This document shows positions 35,186 through 41,513 of a DNA stretch of 41,513 nucleotides, piece after piece (the first letter of the stretch is position 1; each line of letters starts with the position of its first letter). The notes beneath the pieces are model-generated. The model made no database searches, was not told where the DNA came from, and saw only the letters and a list, made by a program, of their open reading frames with translations. This DNA comes from a virus (taxonomy: Duplodnaviria; Caudoviricetes): positions 1 to 41,513 of the IMG/VR virus record IMGVR_UViG_3300024251_000020, one strand, 5' to 3'. Both the position numbers and the translations under genes were made by a program.

Positions 35186-36825
35186 GCCTTGAAATTCTAC
35201 ACCGTTACTGCTGTAAAGACTCTAGCGTTACATATGAAATAAGTGAGAAGCTTTCAAAATGGATACATGGGCGTTCGTTAGATCACTATAGATTTAACGT
35301 GGCGTTACTTAATCCGTTACTTTACATGGAACTCAGAGGAATCTCCTACGACTCCGCCCAAGCGAAACAACGTCTAAAAATTGTTAAAAACCAAACCTAT
35401 GAACTCCAACACCAACTCAACACCCTATCGTCACGTGGAGTTACCACGACTGATAAAACAGTACTTCGAGGACTCGTTAGGGATTTCATGTGCTATAAGC
35501 GAGATACCTCGAAGGTTAAAGCCGAATACCAAGAAGACTACGACCCGATCATGCGTGTCTTACTCGGTGACGGTGATCTTAGTCCGGCACAACTCGGCCG
35601 TATCTCGACCGCACTTAAATTAGGGTTGAATACTAAGTCGCCGGAGCTGAAGAAGTATTTATACGAAGAACTCCAACTCCCCCTAATATATGATAAAAAA
35701 AGTAAAGCCCTTACGACGGATAACGAAGCACTCCTACAGTTACAGAAAAAAGCAACAAACGACAAACAACGTCAATCCCTCGATCTCGCTATTTCAATCG
35801 CTGAACTCAGAACACGTTCTCAAATGTTGGAAATCCACGCAGATAGTGATGGACGAATCCGATGTGGTTATAACATTGTCGGGACTGAGACTGGAAGGAT
35901 TACATGCTACACCTCCCCTACCGGTTCAGGTTACAATCTCCAGACTATACCGGACCATAACCCACTCCGGCCCGTCGGGCATCCTTTGCACGAAGGAATG
36001 CGAGACTTATTTGTTGCAGACCCGAGCCACTACCTCTTCCAATGCGATTTGTCAGGTGCAGACGGGTGGACTGTTGGGGCTCACCTTTACTCGCTTGGCG
36101 AACATACTATGCTCGACGATCTTAAAGCAAAGATTAAACCCGCCGCCGCCATTGCCTACCTCCTCCGACACGGTAACGAATCTCTCAAAGGAAAACAAAG
36201 AGACGAAATCAAAGACCTCCTCAAGGAGGTAAAAAAGGATGATTATGACTACTTCATGTGTAAATGTGGGATTTGGGGAATCTGCTACCTCATGGGAGTT
36301 GACCGTCTCTCTGATCTCATATTCACCCAATCTGAAGGAAGGCTTATACTCTCTCGTAGCGACGTCAAAAACTTCCGGGATGCGGTATTCGCTCGCTACC
36401 ATCCAGACAAATGGCATCGAGCTACCCAGGATAAGCTTAGTAAACAACCCTACCCCCCTAAACTTGTATCCGCCAGTGGTCACACAAGAATGTTCTTCGG
36501 ACGATTTAATGAAATCCTCGGTCAAGCCCTTGCCAATGAACCACAAGAAAACACCACTTACGCCACGAACTTGGCTGTATTCCGCCTCTGGCACGACCCC
36601 GAAAACCGCCTGGGAAAGAAACTTAAAATCGAACCCTTACATCAAGTTCACGACGCCCTTGTCGGACAGTTTCGTATATCCGATACAGCCTGGGCGATTA
36701 CTAAAATTAAATCCTACTTTGATAACCCGCTTATCATAGCGGGTTTACCTATCACGATACCGTTCTCGGGGGCATACGGGACGAATTGGGCGTTGGATGA
36801 AAAGAGTAAAATAGGAGAAATATGA
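35182..36825 (+). CDS. DNA polymerase A C-terminal fragment (ExoIII plus polymerase domain)
   Basis: YCCKD ExoIII, MELRGI, GTETGR, NLQTIP, CDLSGAD motif A, K...Y motif B, QVHDAL motif C. Confidence 0.92.
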   Translation: MSLEILHRYCCKDSSVTYEISEKLSKWIHGRSLDHYRFNVALLNPLLYMELRGISYDSAQAKQRLKIVKNQTYELQHQLNTLSSRGVTTTDKTVLRGLVRDFMCYKRDTSKVKAEYQEDYDPIMRVLLGDGDLSPAQLGRISTALKLGLNTKSPELKKYLYEELQLPLIYDKKSKALTTDNEALLQLQKKATNDKQRQSLDLAISIAELRTRSQMLEIHADSDGRIRCGYNIVGTETGRITCYTSPTGSGYNLQTIPDHNPLRPVGHPLHEGMRDLFVADPSHYLFQCDLSGADGWTVGAHLYSLGEHTMLDDLKAKIKPAAAIAYLLRHGNESLKGKQRDEIKDLLKEVKKDDYDYFMCKCGIWGICYLMGVDRLSDLIFTQSEGRLILSRSDVKNFRDAVFARYHPDKWHRATQDKLSKQPYPPKLVSASGHTRMFFGRFNEILGQALANEPQENTTYATNLAVFRLWHDPENRLGKKLKIEPLHQVHDALVGQFRISDTAWAITKIKSYFDNPLIIAGLPITIPFSGAYGTNWALDEKSKIGEI

Positions 36826-37049
36826 ACGCAGAATACAAAAAACTTCCAGACCATTGGCTCTATTGGTGTAACACACATGAACGTAGAGCTACTCACGTAA
36901 TGTATCGTCCCGGTTGTAGGGGGTCGGTATGTTGTGATCCTACCCTTGGCGGTATAATGATACCATGTCTTTGTGTCGACCTTACCGACATAGCCACAAT
37001 CGAAGACGACGAAGGAAAGCCACACTATTTCTTTCACAGGAAAAAATAA
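36822..37049 (+). CDS. Hypothetical Cys-rich protein
   Basis: 75 aa with GGAG RBS; ATGA overlap. Confidence 0.55.
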   Translation: MNAEYKKLPDHWLYWCNTHERRATHVMYRPGCRGSVCCDPTLGGIMIPCLCVDLTDIATIEDDEGKPHYFFHRKK

Positions 37050-37050
37050 C

Positions 37051-37075
37051 GACATGCCCATAAAATGGGCGCAAC
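37051..37075. repeat. Dispersed palindrome copy 9
   Basis: GACAT GCCCA TAAAA TGGGC GCAAC. Confidence 0.88.
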
Positions 37076-37104
37076 CATTCCATGAAAAAGAAAACCAAAA
37101 AACC

Positions 37105-38337
37105 ATGTCCTCCCCTGAGTTCCTCGACGACTATCACACCTACTGTTCCTGCTACGAGATCCCACGGAATTATATCTTCTGGTCTGCCATCACATTGCTC
37201 GGTGCGTGTATACATAAGCGCGCAGCATTTAATGTTGGAGACATCGCCATTCACGGTAACCTCTATACAATGCTGGTTGGACCACAAGGAAACGGTAAAA
37301 CTACTTCGTGTGATTTTGCCAAAAAGTTCTTTATCGAAGCATACCCAGACCTGCCTATTGGAGCATCTACGCAGTCAGCGGAAGATATTGTCAAGATCAT
37401 GGCGTCAGATGACTTCCCGAGGACCTTCACGAAACCTGACGGTAGCGTATTCCAAATCGCTCCGTACGCGTTCTTCATGAATGAGTTTAAGAACTTCGTG
37501 GCGTATTCGCCATCGAGAATGTTAGCCTTTTTAACCGACATATATGACAGAGATAAATTTGACAGCTCAACAATTAAGAGATCTAGTGAAGTCATTATCA
37601 ATCCTTGTCTCACCATCCTTGCTTGTGAAAACCCCGATTGGCTTATACGAAATCTCCGTGCAGACGTCGTATCAGGGGGGTTTTCCCGTCGGGTTATCTA
37701 CGTCTATGAGATTGATCGAGCAGAGCCTAAACCGATTATTTCAATTACACCTGAAGCAGAACTTGCTAAGCAACGTGTCCTCCAGCGACTACGAGATATA
37801 AAAACCCAAATCGCCCAGTTCCAATGGACCGAATCTGGTAAAAAGTTCTTCATCCCCTGGTATGTCAACAAACAAAAATCCATCCCCGATAATCCTCTTA
37901 TGGGTGGTTATGTCGGAACCAAGCACATCCAACTCTTCAAGGTGGCGATGCTCCTTGATTTCGTATCCAATAAACCAATGCACACCTTCACCGACGAGCT
38001 ACTTATGCGAGGACTTGTCTACCTTGACGCCATCGAAGAAAATATGCCCAAACTATCCCTCTCCGCCGGACGGAATGAACTCGCCATAAGCCAACAGAAG
38101 ATCCTCGAAAAGATGAAGGACAACCACGGCGTTCTATCCGAGAAAGAAGTGAAGAAACTAATTGAAACCGACCTAACCTGGCAGGAAACCGCCGGAGTCA
38201 TCCGTCACCTGGAAGAAACCGAACAAATCGTTCGTCGTGAGATGAAAGGCGGCGATGGGGTTAATCGTCAATACTTATTCACCGCCGAAGAGTTTCAACG
38301 CCGCGTTGCAAACGGTATTATTAAGATAAAACCTTGA
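37105..38337 (+). CDS. DUF3987-like P-loop NTPase (putative replicative helicase)
   Basis: Start refined to ATG 37105; NLYTMLVGPQGNGKTT, FMNEF, LTDIYD, NPCLTIL, GGFSRR; C-terminal wHTH-like region. Confidence 0.75.
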   Translation: MSSPEFLDDYHTYCSCYEIPRNYIFWSAITLLGACIHKRAAFNVGDIAIHGNLYTMLVGPQGNGKTTSCDFAKKFFIEAYPDLPIGASTQSAEDIVKIMASDDFPRTFTKPDGSVFQIAPYAFFMNEFKNFVAYSPSRMLAFLTDIYDRDKFDSSTIKRSSEVIINPCLTILACENPDWLIRNLRADVVSGGFSRRVIYVYEIDRAEPKPIISITPEAELAKQRVLQRLRDIKTQIAQFQWTESGKKFFIPWYVNKQKSIPDNPLMGGYVGTKHIQLFKVAMLLDFVSNKPMHTFTDELLMRGLVYLDAIEENMPKLSLSAGRNELAISQQKILEKMKDNHGVLSEKEVKKLIETDLTWQETAGVIRHLEETEQIVRREMKGGDGVNRQYLFTAEEFQRRVANGIIKIKP

Positions 38338-38338
38338 T

Positions 38339-38599
38339 ATGAAGAATCCACATTTAACAAAAAGAGAGAAGCAGATTACAGTGATGTTGGTGTATGGACT
38401 AATGCAGAAGGAGGTCGCCGAGACGTTAAAAATCTCGATAAAGACCGTGCAAAAATCCTCCACCCTTGCTTATAGAAAAATGAACGTAAGAAACATCACC
38501 GGAGCTACGAAGTACTGCGTAGAACATAAAATCATCGACGTCGACCACTGGCTCAAGCCGAGCGGAGGTTTGCCGGAATGGGTTTGTAACCGAATTTGA
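38339..38599 (+). CDS. Stand-alone LuxR/GerE-type HTH regulator
   Basis: LTKREKQITVMLVYGLMQKEVAETLKISIKTV...YRKMNV. Confidence 0.88.
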   Translation: MKNPHLTKREKQITVMLVYGLMQKEVAETLKISIKTVQKSSTLAYRKMNVRNITGATKYCVEHKIIDVDHWLKPSGGLPEWVCNRI

Positions 38600-39842
38600 A
38601 ACCGACTTTTTCACCCTCTTTAATCACCTCTAATGCTTTATTAATACTCTCCAATGAAACGTGTATTCCAAAACCCTTCACCTTGGCAGCGTTATCTATA
38701 CAATGGGCAACTGCTTGATCTAAGGTATTGCCTTCGCCCAACACAACTCCTGGATAGGGATTTCCTACAGGCTGTGGCACCGTATAGTCTACTCCGTCAA
38801 GCCTACAGTGAAATCTTAACTTCACGAAAGGATCAACCTCTTTCGGGTAATGAAGTGCCTGCCAACCATCAACCGCATGTTCCGAATGAATAACCGCCGC
38901 CACCGCATACGTCTTTCTAACCCCTGGACTTACACAATTACCTACCGCACCCGCCCAAAGAGTCTTTGGCCAACCGTCAAACAAGACCTGAAGAAGTTCA
39001 TTGCTCGGAGTCCCCAGGCGCGCACACGGGTCTATCGGATACGCCCTCTTATCCTTACCATAACGAATTTCCATGCAAAAAAACCCTCTATATCCATAAC
39101 CTTTCAATGTTGGCGTAAGGATACTATTCGTCGTAAGCACCGGAGCCGGTAGGTCCTTATACATCATCGCTGTTCCTATCATCCCCACATCCTTCACCTC
39201 ATAAGCCACCATCGCATGACTAGGCCACTGACCATCGATAGTAAATCCATCGTAACCAACCTCAATGGCATTAGGTATCTCACTTTCCACCACAAATTCA
39301 TAATTCCCCTTCAACGGCCCGAGTTGGTGTTCTATCTCATCAAGGTGGGGTTCGGAGAGTTCGTAACTATCATGACGGAACGTTTCCATATCTCCACGGG
39401 TAAAACTCGCCTTAATGAATTTGTTCTTTTCTTCCTTAAGGACGTTTCGCAGTTCCTCGATACCTATAACTTGTTTGCAGGGTTGAACCGGCAACCCTAT
39501 CCGCTTAAGATGTTCTTTGAATTCCCAACGGTGCAATTCAAGCTCCTCGCCACAACGAGGTCCCCAAACCCTGGCTCCTTGCTCTGCAAGGTAACATTGA
39601 AGGTCAGAGTGGTAAAGGTCTAGAAAGACGAAGAGGTCGATTTCGTCTATGTGGTGGAAGAGGTATTTAATACATTCTATCTCGTCGAAGCCGGTGCCGA
39701 CGATTAGGGAGTGGCTACGAACGGCGTAGGATTGCCAGGGGTTGTAATAGAAGGCTTTCTTGAACGCCGGTGCACAATGGCGGGCGAAACTTACGAAAAG
39801 GCCGTGGTCAATGAAGCAAACAGTTTTGTCTTTAAGGTTCAT
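38553..39842 (-). CDS. ATP-grasp ligase, distantly PurD/GARS-like
   Basis: VWGP..GEELELHRWEFKEHLKRIGLP, FIK, FVVESEI...EVG, GYRGFFCMEI, IDPCARLGTP (compare EfNxRfGdP). Confidence 0.75.
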   Translation of the reverse strand: MNLKDKTVCFIDHGLFVSFARHCAPAFKKAFYYNPWQSYAVRSHSLIVGTGFDEIECIKYLFHHIDEIDLFVFLDLYHSDLQCYLAEQGARVWGPRCGEELELHRWEFKEHLKRIGLPVQPCKQVIGIEELRNVLKEEKNKFIKASFTRGDMETFRHDSYELSEPHLDEIEHQLGPLKGNYEFVVESEIPNAIEVGYDGFTIDGQWPSHAMVAYEVKDVGMIGTAMMYKDLPAPVLTTNSILTPTLKGYGYRGFFCMEIRYGKDKRAYPIDPCARLGTPSNELLQVLFDGWPKTLWAGAVGNCVSPGVRKTYAVAAVIHSEHAVDGWQALHYPKEVDPFVKLRFHCRLDGVDYTVPQPVGNPYPGVVLGEGNTLDQAVAHCIDNAAKVKGFGIHVSLESINKALEVIKEGEKVGFKFGYKPIPANLRSA

Positions 39843-39854
39843 ATTTTAACTAAA

Positions 39855-39926
39855 TTAATCATCCTCCTCGTCACCGTCACAATCCTCCGGCGGTTCATCA
39901 TCGTCCCAAAACCATCCTTCTGGCAT
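39855..39926 (-). CDS. 23-aa acidic peptide
   Basis: MPEGWFWDDDEPPEDCDGDEEDD fills the gap between the large virion gene and the ATP-grasp gene. Confidence 0.5.
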   Translation of the reverse strand: MPEGWFWDDDEPPEDCDGDEEDD

Positions 39927-39930
39927 ATAG

Positions 39931-41513
39931 TTAATTAGGACCGAAGATACTAAAGCGTTTCTTCTTCTTTTTTGGACCAACTCCCTCGGCCAACTCCGCC
40001 TCCAACTGCTCCCTCGCCTGCTTCTTCGCAGTTGTCATCAATTCCGAATAAAACGCTTTCTGCGCCTCGGAGTCTAGGTCGTCATACTCATCCCGGAGAA
40101 CAGAAATAGCGTCGGTGTAGGAGTCTTTGATTAGGGAGGTGTACCTTTCCATTTCCGCCGGGGTGAGGTACACCTTTATTTTGTCTACTACTAATTTATT
40201 ATCGAACCCCGGTAGTATTAACTTTCTACTCTCCAACCACTGTTGATCCTTCTTCTCTAAGGTCTTTTGCACCTCAGTCCCTCGTTTTATATTAGCACCA
40301 ACCGCCTTCTCCGCTGCCCTGGCGGTGGCTTCGGGGGATAACTTTGGTGCCTTAGCTTCGTGTTCTTCTTCGGCAATAATACGGTCGCCGAATTCCATGT
40401 CCTCAACACTTTTACCCTGTTCTTTTGCTAGAATCTCCTCGTGACGAGGATAGCGACCCTTCTCGGGAAACCCGAAGGCGGAGGTGAGGCGGTCAATGCT
40501 ATGTTTTATCGGACCCTCCTCAGTTTGCCGACCTTCTTGGATGGCGGAGTACATAGGATTTAACTGACTAACCGTAGCGGCTAGCCTCGACTCTACACTA
40601 TTTGGATCTTTCGCCACTTGGTACCCCTCAATCGTCTTTCCAGTAAACGCCGTCACCGCCGCTCGAACGGGAGGTCCGGCGAAGGGTCTAGCTATCCCCA
40701 TTAGTACGTCCTTCACCATATCATACCCAATATCCTTCGCTTTTTTACCTTCGTCTAATCCTCGGACTAAGGCTTGCCCACCAAGGTTACGGAAACCTCT
40801 TCTTAGAAGGTTTAATTGATTCGGGTCGAACTGTATATGCCTACCGTCCTTATCGTCATACCCTAAGTCAATCTTCCCAGGGTCCGTTCCGGGTCTCCCC
40901 CACGGCGTCCCGGTAATAGCCATGTTCGCCGATATTGGCACCGCAATCATCGCCGAGAAGAACGCAGCACCGTTTAATAGTCTCATCTTTAACGCTGCTT
41001 GTGGGTTTACTGCCTCACCTGCTTTGCTAAGAAGGAAATTCTGTATCGCATTACGATTAAACGTCGTTCCCGCCACGACGAAAGGAGACCACATACTTCG
41101 TGCACTAGCCTGCATGGAGGACATTAGGCGTTCGTTATATTGTCCCATTTTGTTGATGAACTCTCTCCGGTTAAGGTCGGTGTCTTTGAGAATGTTACGC
41201 TTTACTAGATTATCAAACATCCTATTCCTCGCTAACCGTCCTGCTCTGTCTAACACGGTGATAACCTTCCCTAGTCCCCACCTTTGTGCCTCTTCTTTAC
41301 CACGGAGAGCACCGAGTTCTGAGATACGCACAAGCTCCGCTTGGATAGCCGGGGACTCAACGATAACAGGATAAACCTGTTTTAAAACTCTCGCCGCTGC
41401 GTCTATCGTACCCACCACGGGAAGATTCAAGGCTAAGTCCTGGAAGTCTCCACCTTTACCTAGTGAATACGACAGAGAAGCAAGCATGTTTGCGGTGTGG
41501 AATACTGCGTCGG
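39931..41513 (-). CDS. Large internal virion protein, C-terminal part (5'-truncated)
   Basis: Frame stays open upstream of ATG 41487 to the window edge; helical, with WSPFVVAG and amphipathic segments like podovirus ejection proteins. Confidence 0.65.
   Translation of the reverse strand, partial: DAVFHTANMLASLSYSLGKGGDFQDLALNLPVVGTIDAAARVLKQVYPVIVESPAIQAELVRISELGALRGKEEAQRWGLGKVITVLDRAGRLARNRMFDNLVKRNILKDTDLNRREFINKMGQYNERLMSSMQASARSMWSPFVVAGTTFNRNAIQNFLLSKAGEAVNPQAALKMRLLNGAAFFSAMIAVPISANMAITGTPWGRPGTDPGKIDLGYDDKDGRHIQFDPNQLNLLRRGFRNLGGQALVRGLDEGKKAKDIGYDMVKDVLMGIARPFAGPPVRAAVTAFTGKTIEGYQVAKDPNSVESRLAATVSQLNPMYSAIQEGRQTEEGPIKHSIDRLTSAFGFPEKGRYPRHEEILAKEQGKSVEDMEFGDRIIAEEEHEAKAPKLSPEATARAAEKAVGANIKRGTEVQKTLEKKDQQWLESRKLILPGFDNKLVVDKIKVYLTPAEMERYTSLIKDSYTDAISVLRDEYDDLDSEAQKAFYSELMTTAKKQAREQLEAELAEGVGPKKKKKRFSIFGPN

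Noticed and set aside
34690-35200. Group I intron or intein in the polymerase
   Set aside because: The HNH ORF abuts both fragments with 4-nt overlaps. I see no room for P/Q/R/S elements and no C/S...HN-C/S/T intein ends.
4066-37075. Palindromes as a CRISPR array or as terminators
   Set aside because: Copies are kilobases apart with no spacer structure. Only copy 6 has a following T run, and outer-arm changes break pairing.
37054-37104. N-terminal extension MPIKWAQP on the DUF3987-like protein (also MPIKWAKP at 27474 and the MGAT start at 4076)
   Set aside because: These starts come from the palindrome sequence itself; downstream ATGs at 37105, 27520 and 4064 fit better.
1-41513. Alternative genetic code, and the many antisense or nested ORFs in the track
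   Set aside because: Core genes are full length in the standard code and tile each arm densely; the shadow ORFs lack motifs.
1-41513. Complete tRNA, rRNA, integrase, protelomerase, reverse transcriptase/DGR
   Set aside because: No supporting motifs or template/variable repeat pair were seen by eye.

Overview
The window is most of the genome of a tailed dsDNA phage with podovirus-like organisation. Both ends fall inside minus-strand virion genes, so the genome is longer than the window and probably circularly permuted. The left arm (1-19025, minus strand) holds TerS, TerL, portal, scaffold, major capsid, adaptor, a nozzle split into two ORFs, internal virion proteins and a membrane-protein cassette. 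It also carries a block of Sec/Tat/lipoprotein-signal proteins, a stand-alone response-regulator receiver and a LuxR-type HTH protein. A control region (about 19.0-21.5 kb) contains a ~250 bp imperfect palindrome around an A15 tract, divergent sigma70-like promoters and operator-like repeats. The right arm (21572-38599, plus strand) holds small early genes, an RMF-like protein, a PD-(D/E)XK nuclease, an AAA_24 ATPase, a Dda/RecD-like helicase, an SSB, a DUF1599-like protein, a ParB-methyltransferase fusion, a UDG-PolA polymerase split by an HNH-AP2 endonuclease, a DUF3987-like P-loop protein and a second LuxR HTH. At the right end, on the minus strand, are a PurD-like ATP-grasp ligase, a 23-aa acidic peptide ORF and a large virion protein. 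The strongest unexplained signal is a 25-bp palindrome (GTCNY-GCCCA-W5-TGGGC-RNNAC) found 9 times, 1.4-5.9 kb apart across both arms, both between and inside genes. All product calls come from motif recognition and synteny only; no searches were run.
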